Of a stretch of 64,000 bases of DNA, positions 46,348 through 54,595 are shown piece by piece. Under the pieces are notes generated by a model. That model searched no databases, was not told where the DNA came from, and saw only the letters and a list, made by a program, of their open reading frames with translations. The position numbers and the translations under genes were made by a program. Position 1 is the first letter of the stretch. Every line of letters starts with the position of its first letter. The stretch is from a virus, in the IMG/VR virus record IMGVR_UViG_3300028800_000083; one strand, written 5' to 3'.

Positions 46348-46569
46348 TCAACAGGACCTTTCGACAGGGGACAGGTTAGCGCCCATGCTTCGCAGCCGCG
46401 CGGTCTCCAGGAGCATCGGCGATGGCGGGACACAGCTTCCGGCACGCGACTTCGCTTCGCCTTCCGCCGTGTAGTACGTCAGCTGGCCTGTTCGGCCGCC
46501 GCCATAGCCGCTGCGAACAGTTCCGCAGTTGGCGCAAGCGTCGTTTTCGTTCCAGCGGTGGCGCGTCAT
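46348..46569 (-). CDS. small zinc-ribbon protein
   Basis: ATG at 46569 (MTRHRWNENDACANCG); ATGA overlap with the upstream gene. Confidence 0.4.
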   Translation of the reverse strand: MTRHRWNENDACANCGTVRSGYGGGRTGQLTYYTAEGEAKSRAGSCVPPSPMLLETARLRSMGANLSPVERSC

Positions 46570-47219
46570 GAGTTGATCAGTGCCTCGGCCTCGTCGGGTG
46601 TGCAGCGCGCCTTCACCTTGTCGACCCACGCGCGGGTCTTGGCCTTGGCCATGACGAGGTCGTGCGTCTTGCCGTGGCCCGCTTTGCCGACGACGCCCTC
46701 GAAGGTCACACCCTCGACGTCGCCGTTCCAGACGCGGTCGACGAACCCGCGCGTCCAGTTGAGGCGCCCAAGGAACCGCGCCATCGGCAGCCCCTCGAAT
46801 AGTTTCAGGTACGCGGCGGGACCGAGCAGTCCCTGCTTGTACGGCGCGACGTCGATCAGGGCGACGCGCATCTGGTCGTCAGGATCGAGGGGCTGGTTCT
46901 GGGCGTCGTGGTGGCAGCCCGCGAAGCTGCTGGGTCCCCAGTGCTCGGCGAACGCGACGACGTGCTCCCAGCGCTGGTCGACGGCGACCTTCGCCACAGG
47001 CTCCGAGAGCGTGTCCATGAAGATCTTGATCGCGCGCCCGAACTGCCAGTCGCTCGCGTCGAAGAGGCGCGTCCGCGTGCCGGACTTCGTCCACTGCTTG
47101 CGCTTGCGGCTCCACTCGAAGCGAAGGTTCGATCCGTCGAGCTTGTCGAAGACGTAAGCGTCTGGGATCTCCTGGAAGGTCATCCCTGTGGCGCGTGAGA
47201 TCGAGGGGTAGGTCTTCAT
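46566..47219 (-). CDS. ATP-dependent RNA/DNA ligase-like nucleotidyltransferase
   Basis: Motif I KxDG (YVFDKLDGSNLRF); 217 aa. Confidence 0.5.
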   Translation of the reverse strand: MKTYPSISRATGMTFQEIPDAYVFDKLDGSNLRFEWSRKRKQWTKSGTRTRLFDASDWQFGRAIKIFMDTLSEPVAKVAVDQRWEHVVAFAEHWGPSSFAGCHHDAQNQPLDPDDQMRVALIDVAPYKQGLLGPAAYLKLFEGLPMARFLGRLNWTRGFVDRVWNGDVEGVTFEGVVGKAGHGKTHDLVMAKAKTRAWVDKVKARCTPDEAEALINS

Positions 47220-47413
47220 CGCGCTCCTTTGGAGCGTTCGGTCAGCGCTCTTGATTGTTGGTGTGACAGCAGGCGCCGGCCCAGCGCGGCGGTGAGTTTG
47301 AGGATCTCCTCATTGATGAATTCGATCTGAGACCCGTCCTGGTCCGCCTCAACAGCGCGTATCGCCGCAGCGTCGAGCGCGAGCCGTACTTCCCTGAGGG
47401 TTTGTTTCTTCAC
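47216..47413 (-). CDS. small protein with degenerate family motif (MKKQTLREVRLALDAA)
   Basis: 65 aa; ATGA overlap. Confidence 0.35.
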   Translation of the reverse strand: MKKQTLREVRLALDAAAIRAVEADQDGSQIEFINEEILKLTAALGRRLLSHQQSRALTERSKGAR

Positions 47414-47940
47414 GGCGCGCGCCCCCTCTGAACAGCATCGTTTGCGCTCTTCGCTCGACCCTCCGCGGCGTGTCGCGAGGGGTAGGTCTTCGTCCCGACC
47501 TCGCGCGCCTTGCGCGCGAGCACGCGCGCCAAGCTCTCAGGCGTGGTCGGCAACCGCGTGATCCGGTGGGTGCGCAGCAACTCGCTGACGGAGCGCTTGC
47601 ACCAGCGCTCGAACGAGCACTCGATCGTGTCTTCGTCGGTGAACTGGATCTCCTCGTCGGCGAGCTTGCCGTGCCCTGACCGGCGGAGCAGTCGCTGCGA
47701 GACCGAGATCGCGGCGATCTCCCTGGAGACGGCATAGTGGTAGCGACGCCCGATGCGCGGACTCGTGATGTCGAGCCCAAACATGAACTGCCGACACTCA
47801 GCCCGCGTGGCGACGAGGAAGTGTCCGATCTCGTGCGCGGGCCACCACGATCGCGGGCCTTCCATGTAGAGGCGCTCGTCTGCCGCGGCTCCCGGGACGA
47901 AGCGGTAGGCGAGGTCCCTGATCTCGGAGAGCTTCATCAT
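47410..47940 (-). CDS. hypothetical protein
   Basis: ATG at 47940 (MMKLSEIRDLAYRF); the upstream Arg-rich extension is rejected. Confidence 0.45.
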   Translation of the reverse strand: MMKLSEIRDLAYRFVPGAAADERLYMEGPRSWWPAHEIGHFLVATRAECRQFMFGLDITSPRIGRRYHYAVSREIAAISVSQRLLRRSGHGKLADEEIQFTDEDTIECSFERWCKRSVSELLRTHRITRLPTTPESLARVLARKAREVGTKTYPSRHAAEGRAKSANDAVQRGRAP

Positions 47941-48473
47941 CGGGATCCCTCCCCGAGCCGCGGCGCAACCTTCTTGGCCACGATGTCGAGGCCGACCGCG
48001 ACGGCGACCGTGCCCGGCGGCGCGTCGCCGCGGTGGGCCAGGTAGCCGTCCCACCGCGCGCCGATCGGGTCCGACGGGTCGTGCTTCAAGTACCAGAGCA
48101 GCCGTCGGTCGACGTAGGCGTAGTGCGTCGCGCCGCCGAAGCTCGCGGGGTACATGATGCGGCGGAGCGTGATCGGTCCCTCGTGGACAACCACGTCGCG
48201 CCTCCACGCCTCCGCGAGACGGGGGTCGACGCGCTCGAAGTGGAGGAGGACCGCGCGCGCGTCCTTGAGGGTGATGCCGGGCAGGTCACCGGTGAGCGGA
48301 TCGATCGGAGGCTTGACGCGCTCCTCGCTCGTCGTCGGGCGATCGATGGGGCGGACCTCGCGGGCCGGCGGTGACCGCGTGAGCGCTCGCTCCGCGGGCT
48401 CGCGTGGAGTAGCGGCGGCGCGGGTACGCTTGGGAGAGGGCTTCTTTCGAGGGACACGCGGCTTCTTCGTCAT
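47937..48473 (-). CDS. hypothetical protein
   Basis: ATG at 48473 (MTKKPRVPRKKPSPKRTRAA); ATGA overlap. Confidence 0.45.
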   Translation of the reverse strand: MTKKPRVPRKKPSPKRTRAAATPREPAERALTRSPPAREVRPIDRPTTSEERVKPPIDPLTGDLPGITLKDARAVLLHFERVDPRLAEAWRRDVVVHEGPITLRRIMYPASFGGATHYAYVDRRLLWYLKHDPSDPIGARWDGYLAHRGDAPPGTVAVAVGLDIVAKKVAPRLGEGSR

Positions 48474-49102
48474 CGCCTGGCACCCTCCTCCGCGATGACC
48501 CACGGCGGCGAGAGCCGCCGCTCCAGCGCCTCGAGCGCGTCAGCGTCGAGGTCGGCAGCGCGCTCGGGTCGGAGGTCGGCGACCGGCTCGGTGATGACCT
48601 CGCGCTGCGTGCGCAGCGACCACTCGACCTGGCGCTTTCCCTCCTCGCCCATGTGCGGGTGGATCAGGGCGAAACACGCGAGCCCCTCGAGCGCGCTCGC
48701 CCAGCTGTGGTGGAACAGCACGCGCGATGGCGGTGCGGGGAGAGTCGCGACGTAGCCATGCAGTCGCGGGTTGAGGCGCGCGAGCGGCTCGCTGACCACG
48801 GATCGAGCGCACGCGAACCACGCGGCGACGTCGGGGTCCTCGCTCCACGACAGGAACGTGAGCTCGGGGTCGACGACGAATGGCACGTCGGGATCGAGCA
48901 ACATGCCGCGGTAGAGCGGCGCGGGGTCGATCGGGAAGGTCGCGACGAGGTCGTCGGCGACTCGACGGACGGCGTCGCCCGCGAAGCGCATGATCGTGTC
49001 TGCCTCGCCGAGCTTGCCGTAGACCGCGTGCAGCGCGAAGTTGACGTAGAAGTTGAGGTCGTCTCGGTTGCTCACGGCGACTCCGTTGTCGCGCGTGACC
49101 AC
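48470..49102 (-). CDS. hypothetical protein
   Basis: 210 aa. Confidence 0.5.
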   Translation of the reverse strand: MVTRDNGVAVSNRDDLNFYVNFALHAVYGKLGEADTIMRFAGDAVRRVADDLVATFPIDPAPLYRGMLLDPDVPFVVDPELTFLSWSEDPDVAAWFACARSVVSEPLARLNPRLHGYVATLPAPPSRVLFHHSWASALEGLACFALIHPHMGEEGKRQVEWSLRTQREVITEPVADLRPERAADLDADALEALERRLSPPWVIAEEGARR

Positions 49103-49788
49103 AGCAGCACTGCGTCGCTGAAAGGCGCCTCGTTGTAGTGGAGGCCGACGACGCGCGTGCCGACCTCGTGTTGACGGCTGTAGTGTGTGTGCCAGTGCCC
49201 GTGGATGTGCAGCGTCGGGCGGTGCTTCTTGATGAGTGCGTCGACCCGCTCCATCGACAGCGCTTGGTCGCGCTGGTAGTCGGGGGATCCCTTGGGGAGG
49301 AAGCCTGGCGGAAGATCAGGGGCGTCGTGCGTGACGAGCACGTGGACGGGGCCGGTGGCCGACAGCGCACGGTCGAACTCGGCTGCCGTGATGCTCTCCT
49401 CGGGCCACCATGCCTGACCCTCGGTGAGGAGATCTCGGTCGATCGACGGGGCGCCACCCAAGAACAGGAAGCGGGTGCCGTCCTCGTCCTCGTGGACGGA
49501 GCCTCGTGGCTGGTAGATAACGGCCGGTGCGATCAGGGTCGCGGTGCAGGCGACCACGTGTTTCCTCAGCCGTGGGTGCTGGTCGTGGTTGCCGTCGACG
49601 AAGCGCATGGTGACGCCGTGGGAGACGAGCGCTTTCGAGAGCGCCTTGACCCGCGAGTCGCCCGGCCAGTAGTAGCCCCAGTCACCCAGCTGCACGATCT
49701 CGGCTCCGTGTTGCTGCGCGCAGTTGACGGCCTGCATGGCGAACGCGATGTCGCCGTGCGTGTCGCCGACGAACAAGTAGGTCTTCAT
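49072..49788 (-). CDS. calcineurin-like metallophosphoesterase (Ser/Thr phosphatase-like)
   Basis: Motifs MKTYLFVGDTHGD, QLGDWGYY, VDGNHD and IHGHWH. Confidence 0.8.
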   Translation of the reverse strand: MKTYLFVGDTHGDIAFAMQAVNCAQQHGAEIVQLGDWGYYWPGDSRVKALSKALVSHGVTMRFVDGNHDQHPRLRKHVVACTATLIAPAVIYQPRGSVHEDEDGTRFLFLGGAPSIDRDLLTEGQAWWPEESITAAEFDRALSATGPVHVLVTHDAPDLPPGFLPKGSPDYQRDQALSMERVDALIKKHRPTLHIHGHWHTHYSRQHEVGTRVVGLHYNEAPFSDAVLLWSRATTESP

Positions 49789-49994
49789 GGGGCTGACACG
49801 TGATCGTCAATCGCGACGACCGTCCACTGGTCGAAGCTCGTCCAGCCGCAGAAGCCGCCCTCGTCGGTGGCGACCCAGAAGTCGCGGCCGTTGGCGTTCA
49901 CGACGTCGATCGTGCCGAGCTGGCCCACGGGGAACGCCCAGTGGGGCACCGTGCGACGCACGCGCTGCCCGATCCGCGGTCCGTTGGGGCTCAC
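49785..49994 (-). CDS. hypothetical small protein
   Basis: GTG at 49994 in a GTGA overlap; the ORF-track start at 50057 overlaps the upstream gene. Confidence 0.3.
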   Translation of the reverse strand: MSPNGPRIGQRVRRTVPHWAFPVGQLGTIDVVNANGRDFWVATDEGGFCGWTSFDQWTVVAIDDHVSAP

Positions 49995-50176
49995 CACCGG
50001 TGCCGCTCCTCGACGGGGTCCGGCGACGGGACCTCCTCGACGGTGTGCACGTCCCACGTCTTCCCCGCGTTGAGCGCCGCAGCGACGGCCTCCGCCTCGC
50101 GCTCGTCGAAGTGCCAGGACCGGAGCGCGCGGTCGTTGTTACGGTCGATTACGACGTAGATCTTCGGCCCTTTCAC
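49991..50176 (-). CDS. hypothetical small protein
   Basis: GTG at 50176 in a GTGA overlap (VKGPKIYVVIDRNNDRAL...). Confidence 0.35.
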   Translation of the reverse strand: MKGPKIYVVIDRNNDRALRSWHFDEREAEAVAAALNAGKTWDVHTVEEVPSPDPVEERHRW

Positions 50177-50361
50177 GTGAGCCTCCGTGCGAAGAAGAGC
50201 GTCGAGAGGCCGGCGACGACGAGCGTGACGATCGGGATGCCGAGCAGGGCCTCGCTCCCGAACGTCCACCCGACCACCCATGCGGTGAACGCGACCGCTT
50301 CGCGCGCGTTCTGATGAGCGCGAGAGCAGTGCGGCGTCATGCACGCGAGCACGTGCTTCAC
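50173..50361 (-). CDS. small membrane protein
   Basis: 62 aa; hydrophobic LLGIPIVTLVVAGLSTLFF. Confidence 0.35.
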   Translation of the reverse strand: MKHVLACMTPHCSRAHQNAREAVAFTAWVVGWTFGSEALLGIPIVTLVVAGLSTLFFARRLT

Positions 50362-50903
50362 GTCGCCTCCGTCGTCTCGATGACCGATCGGATCAACGCG
50401 TAGGTCTGAGGGGCCGTCGCGCCGACCGCCATCTCCTCACGGAGCTTGGCGACGAGCGTGGGCCACGCGACGGCGAAGCGCGCCCAGCGGGGGCTCACGG
50501 TCGCCATCTCGCCGATCCGCGCCTCGAACTCCGGGACCGCGTCGGTCAAAAGGACGCAGCGGCGGAGGTCGTCCGCGTCCCACGGGTGGGCCTTTTTGTC
50601 GCGATCGCTCAGGCCCATCGTGCTGCCACCGAGGTGGTGGGCGATCGCGTTGCTCGAGGACCCGCGCTCACCGTGGTTGACCCACCACTGGAGGCGCTCC
50701 GCGGTCGACGCGCCCTCGCGGACCGGTTCTGGGCGGTTGGCTGGCGTCGGCACGCAGCGCGCGTGGTCCTTCCGGAACGCCTCGCCAGCCGCGATGAGCA
50801 CGTTGATCGAGATCGGCATCGCGAGCGCCTGACGGACGCCGCAGTTCACGCAGCGGAACTCGTCGTTGCCGATGACGACATGCGGTGACTTCGACACGCT
50901 CAC
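50358..50903 (-). CDS. hypothetical protein
   Basis: GTG at 50903 in a GTGA overlap (VSVSKSPHVVIGNDEFRCVNCG...); the upstream Arg-rich extension is rejected. Confidence 0.4.
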   Translation of the reverse strand: MSVSKSPHVVIGNDEFRCVNCGVRQALAMPISINVLIAAGEAFRKDHARCVPTPANRPEPVREGASTAERLQWWVNHGERGSSSNAIAHHLGGSTMGLSDRDKKAHPWDADDLRRCVLLTDAVPEFEARIGEMATVSPRWARFAVAWPTLVAKLREEMAVGATAPQTYALIRSVIETTEAT

Positions 50904-51310
50904 TTCGTCACCGCCTTCGCGCGCTTCTTCCCGGGTTTCTTTACCTTCGACGGCGGGTCGATCTCCGCGTGCTTCGACCCGAAGTGGGGAGCGACGCAGC
51001 AGCACCCGACACCCGAGCCGTTCGGGTCTGGCGCGTGGGTCTCCACGTTGATCCGCGGGTGGACGACATGCCGGTGCGTCGCGCACCCCTCGGTCCAACC
51101 CGTGTGCCGCGTCGTGCAGCGGAACACGTCGCGGTCGCAGCACGGGCAGTACCCGACGGGCTCGATGCTCCACGTCTCAGGCCGGTAGTGGTCAGGGTCG
51201 CGGTCGATCTCCGCGCGCACGGCGTCGGCCATCATGCCTGTCCCGATCACGACCCAGCCTTTTGGTGCGCTCACTCGCTGGCCCCGCACGTCGGGCAGGG
51301 ATTCATCCAC
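50900..51310 (-). CDS. hypothetical Cys-rich protein
   Basis: 136 aa; CPCCDRDVFRC...CATHRH. Confidence 0.45.
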   Translation of the reverse strand: MDESLPDVRGQRVSAPKGWVVIGTGMMADAVRAEIDRDPDHYRPETWSIEPVGYCPCCDRDVFRCTTRHTGWTEGCATHRHVVHPRINVETHAPDPNGSGVGCCCVAPHFGSKHAEIDPPSKVKKPGKKRAKAVTK

Positions 51311-51552
51311 GAGCCATCACGCTCGTTGTGGCCACGCTTTGCGCCGTCGTGCTTGCAGCGCGCTTGCACGATCTCGAGCAAACCGCGCACCAGTGTCTCG
51401 ACGCGGTCGTGGTGCGTCTGCCATTCGTGAAGGAGCGCGCGAAGTGCGTCCGTGCTCTGCTTGATGTCTGCACTCTCGTTGGAGATCGTGAACGCTGTTT
51501 GCGCCGAGGTGAGTGCCTGCCCGAGGGCCGCTGCGAGGAAGTCTGTGCTCAT
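51271..51552 (-). CDS. hypothetical small protein with C-terminal CPTCG
   Basis: ATG at 51552 (MSTDFLAAALGQ...); overlaps the ATPase stop by 1 nt. Confidence 0.4.
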   Translation of the reverse strand: MSTDFLAAALGQALTSAQTAFTISNESADIKQSTDALRALLHEWQTHHDRVETLVRGLLEIVQARCKHDGAKRGHNERDGSWMNPCPTCGASE

Positions 51553-52415
51553 CACGTCTCCTTGATCTTCTTCAGGGATGCCCGCGCTGTCTTGACTGCT
51601 TCCTTGGAGGTTTTTTGCGGTTTCTCCTCGGGCCACGTCTTGAGGATCTCCAGTACACCCTCGGATCCGGCCAGGTAGCGCGGGGATAGCTCGACGTAGT
51701 GGGCGCCGGGGATCTTGAGCGCGAACAGCGAGTGAGACGCGACGATGAACTGGACCTGGTCGGCGTAGGCGCGCAGGAAGCGCCAGATTCCGACCTGCGC
51801 GTTTAGGTCGTAGCTGCGCTCGGGCTCGTCGAGGAGGATCGTCGGCTGGCCCCTGGTGCTGGTGCCCTTGAGGAAGCGCTCGGCGAGCTCTGCGCGCTCG
51901 CGCCAGACGCCGTTGACGTTGGCGCGTGAGAACTTCCACGCGACCTCCGGCACCTCTCCCGCGACGATCTCGTGCGCGAGGCGCTCGAACCGGAACATCG
52001 TCGTCTGGCCGGCGGACCCCTTGAACATTGCGTTGGCGACGCCTTCCATTCCGAAGGCCCAGTCGAACCCCGCACCACCACCGACCAGGCCGACGGCGTG
52101 ACTGGGGTCGAAGTGGCGCACGCCCTGCCCGTCGTGCGTGATCGCAAGGCCCTTCTTGAGGTCGACGGGCTCGTGGCCGCCGCCGACCAGCTCGGTGAGC
52201 GACTCCTGGGTCACGATCGGGTGGTTGCCCTGCTCGCAGTGGAAGAGGCGCGCGAGCACCTTGGTCAGCGACGTCTTGCCGGACCCGTTGCGCCCCCACA
52301 GGACGTTGAGCCCGGGCTTGAACTCGAACGACCTGGGCTTCGCGAGCGCGTCGACGCGAGCGAGCCACTTCACGGGGGTCTTGGTCGGGTCGAGGATGTC
52401 GAGCTTGTGGATCAC
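51552..52415 (-). CDS. ABC-type / AAA_21-like ATPase
   Basis: Walker A GRNGSGKTS, Walker B ILLDEPERS, H-loop ASHS; 287 aa. Confidence 0.8.
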   Translation of the reverse strand: MIHKLDILDPTKTPVKWLARVDALAKPRSFEFKPGLNVLWGRNGSGKTSLTKVLARLFHCEQGNHPIVTQESLTELVGGGHEPVDLKKGLAITHDGQGVRHFDPSHAVGLVGGGAGFDWAFGMEGVANAMFKGSAGQTTMFRFERLAHEIVAGEVPEVAWKFSRANVNGVWRERAELAERFLKGTSTRGQPTILLDEPERSYDLNAQVGIWRFLRAYADQVQFIVASHSLFALKIPGAHYVELSPRYLAGSEGVLEILKTWPEEKPQKTSKEAVKTARASLKKIKET

Positions 52416-52795
52416 CGGGCCCCTTGCTCATTCGCCCGTGCGCGCGCGGGCATCGACAGTTCGGCCACTGAGTGGTGCGGGTCGAAGAGGCGCACGCCCC
52501 GGAAGAGGAAGGCTTCCATCAGCTCGTGGCGCACGATCAACTCGGCGAGCAGCCAGCACGTCTTCACCACGGCTGTCTCGCTCGCGCCGCGCTCGACCAG
52601 TTCCTTGCGGCCGGTGCCGACGCCGACCTCGCCGGTGCGCGTGTCGGGGCGGCGGAACGTGGTGTTGACGAGCCACCCGCGCACTTCGCCTCCGGCGAGG
52701 CGCAACTCCTCGACCTGCCACTGCCACTGCATGTTCACGCAGGACGGCGCGAACGAGACCTGGTCGAGCACCGCGTGCAGGTCGGCCTCGGTCAT
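52412..52795 (-). CDS. hypothetical protein
   Basis: ATG at 52795 (MTEADLHAVLDQVSFAPSCVNMQWQWQ...); the upstream Arg-rich extension is rejected. Confidence 0.4.
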   Translation of the reverse strand: MTEADLHAVLDQVSFAPSCVNMQWQWQVEELRLAGGEVRGWLVNTTFRRPDTRTGEVGVGTGRKELVERGASETAVVKTCWLLAELIVRHELMEAFLFRGVRLFDPHHSVAELSMPARARANEQGAR

Positions 52796-52815
52796 GATGT
52801 TCGGATTTTTGACGG

Positions 52816-53094
52816 TCACGGTGCGGGTCTCTCCGCCAACGGGGCCGACCCGAACGTCTCGACCTCGCAGGCGACCTCTGACTCCTTGGGCGCGACGCAG
52901 CGGAAGTGCTGGTTTCCCGCCTGGCACGTGACGAGGTCGGAAGACGACTTGGCTGGTTCGTCGCATGCGACCGGCGTGAGCCCGCGGGCGCGGAGGTAGG
53001 CCGCGGCGTGCTGCGCCGACTCGTTGCACGGGGGCAGGACCGCGGCGAACACGACAGCGGCGAACAGCACCGCGTTCGCTAGGGTCAAGCGCAC
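52816..53094 (-). CDS. small secreted protein (signal peptide, 6 Cys)
   Basis: MRLTLANAVLFAAVVFAAVLPPC... Confidence 0.4.
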   Translation of the reverse strand: MRLTLANAVLFAAVVFAAVLPPCNESAQHAAAYLRARGLTPVACDEPAKSSSDLVTCQAGNQHFRCVAPKESEVACEVETFGSAPLAERPAP

Positions 53095-53327
53095 GGTACG
53101 ACCTCCAACTCTTCCGGGTCGTAGAAGGCGCGGCCTCCCTCGAACTCCACGCCGTAGCAGAGGCCGTGGGAGTCGTGGTGCTCGCGCACGACGCCGACTT
53201 CACCGTCGTGCCGGACCCTCGCGGCGATCGCGTCGCCCGTGTAGTCGCCCGTGCCCACGCGGCGCACGAGCGCCCTGACGTGCGTGCCGTTCTTGATCGG
53301 TGGGTAGGTCGTGGTCACGAGGTTCAC
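53085..53327 (-). CDS. hypothetical small protein downstream of the SPFH gene
   Basis: GTG at 53327 in a GTGA overlap with the SPFH stop; 80 aa. Confidence 0.35.
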   Translation of the reverse strand: MNLVTTTYPPIKNGTHVRALVRRVGTGDYTGDAIAARVRHDGEVGVVREHHDSHGLCYGVEFEGGRAFYDPEELEVVPCA

Positions 53328-54226
53328 TTGACCTGGATCATCGGGATCGAGCCGCCCGTGACCGTGGGCAGGTACCCCGACCACTTCTGCGCCTTGACGT
53401 ACTCGATGAGCTGCGGTGTCACCGAGTCGGATAGCTCCTTGTTCGCCTTCGCCTGCGCGTCGGCGACGGTCTGGATCGCCGCGGCGTCGCCCTCGGCCTG
53501 CGCCTTCTTCGCGTCGGCCTGCCCCTTCGCGACGGCCACAGCCTGCGCGGCTTCCGCCTGCTTCTTGCGGACCTCCTGCTCGCTCTGCTGCGCCTGCTGG
53601 ACCATCGCGACCTTCGCGTTGATCGCGTTGATGACCTGCTGCGGGGGCTCGATGCGGTTGATGGTGAACTGAGAGATCACGAACCCCAGCGGGCCGAGCG
53701 CCTTCTCCAGGAGCGTCTGCACCTCGGCGCGCGCGGTCTCCTTCTTGGTGGAGTACAGCTCCTCGGCCGTGTACTTCGCGAACGTGTTCTGTAGCTCCTC
53801 GCGGATGGTCTGGCGGATGTACTTGTGCGAAATGTTCTCGATGTCGTCGCGCCACTTCGCGTAGATCTGCGGCACCTTCTTCGGGTCGAGCGTGAAGTTG
53901 AGCGCGACGTCGCACTCGATGCCGAGGCCCTCGGACGAGGTCACGATGATCGACTGGTCCTCCTTGGCGCCCTCGTGCAGGCTCTTCGTGAGGATGAGGG
54001 ACTGCATCGAGATCGGGTACTCCTCGACCTCCTCGCAGAACAGATCGCGCCAGTAGTAGCCGGTCGGGATGGGGTCGTCGGAGACGCCCCCGCCGCCGCA
54101 CTTCTTGACGGAGACGCCCACGTAGCCGGGGCGGATCTTCTCCATCTTGGCTCGCAACACGGCCCCGGTGATGATGGCTGCCAGGCCGACGAGGCTGATG
54201 ACGGTGATGACGACGAATTTTTTCAT
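53324..54226 (-). CDS. SPFH (band 7 / flotillin-like) domain membrane protein
   Basis: ATG at 54226 (MKKFVVITVISLVGLAAIITGAV TM anchor), band-7 core, Ala/Gln/Lys-rich coiled-coil C-terminus. Confidence 0.7.
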   Translation of the reverse strand: MKKFVVITVISLVGLAAIITGAVLRAKMEKIRPGYVGVSVKKCGGGGVSDDPIPTGYYWRDLFCEEVEEYPISMQSLILTKSLHEGAKEDQSIIVTSSEGLGIECDVALNFTLDPKKVPQIYAKWRDDIENISHKYIRQTIREELQNTFAKYTAEELYSTKKETARAEVQTLLEKALGPLGFVISQFTINRIEPPQQVINAINAKVAMVQQAQQSEQEVRKKQAEAAQAVAVAKGQADAKKAQAEGDAAAIQTVADAQAKANKELSDSVTPQLIEYVKAQKWSGYLPTVTGGSIPMIQVK

Positions 54227-54471
54227 GGTGTCCCTTCGTTCCTGTTGCAGCCCCGGTGGTACCAGTACGGGTTGATGAAGAGGTCGACGGCGGGGTCCGT
54301 CGGCTTCTTGCAGAAGTGGCAGCATCGCGCCCGCTCGGCCGCCTCGGCTCGCGCGTTCTCTTCGCCGCGCACCTCGGGCTTGGTCTTGCGCCAGTAAGCG
54401 CGCAGCCCGAGCAGCGTGCCGAGCCCCAGCGCCACCGCGCCGACCACCACGGCGACGTCTATCGCGAGCAC
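54223..54471 (-). CDS. small membrane protein with CxxC..H..C
   Basis: 82 aa; ATGA overlap with the SPFH gene. Confidence 0.4.
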   Translation of the reverse strand: MLAIDVAVVVGAVALGLGTLLGLRAYWRKTKPEVRGEENARAEAAERARCCHFCKKPTDPAVDLFINPYWYHRGCNRNEGTP

Positions 54472-54595
54472 GTCACCCCCGTAGGTACGGTCGCGACGGC
54501 CGTCAACCGAAAGTTGTTTTCGTGATGGAACTCAACTGCTTTGGAGGCGCAGCGCCTTGGCACGCAGTGGGGTGATCGCACGGTTCGTGGGCACG

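Noticed and set aside
51271-52431. 386-aa Arg-rich minus ORF; also 53085..54101, 56416..57348, 59581..60348, 60053..60736, 62585..63217
   Set aside because: Their long N-terminal parts are Arg/Pro/Ala-rich off-frame shadows overlapping genes with real motifs (ABC ATPase, SPFH and others). Only their short C-terminal segments, with coupled GTG or ATG starts, were kept as separate small CDSs.
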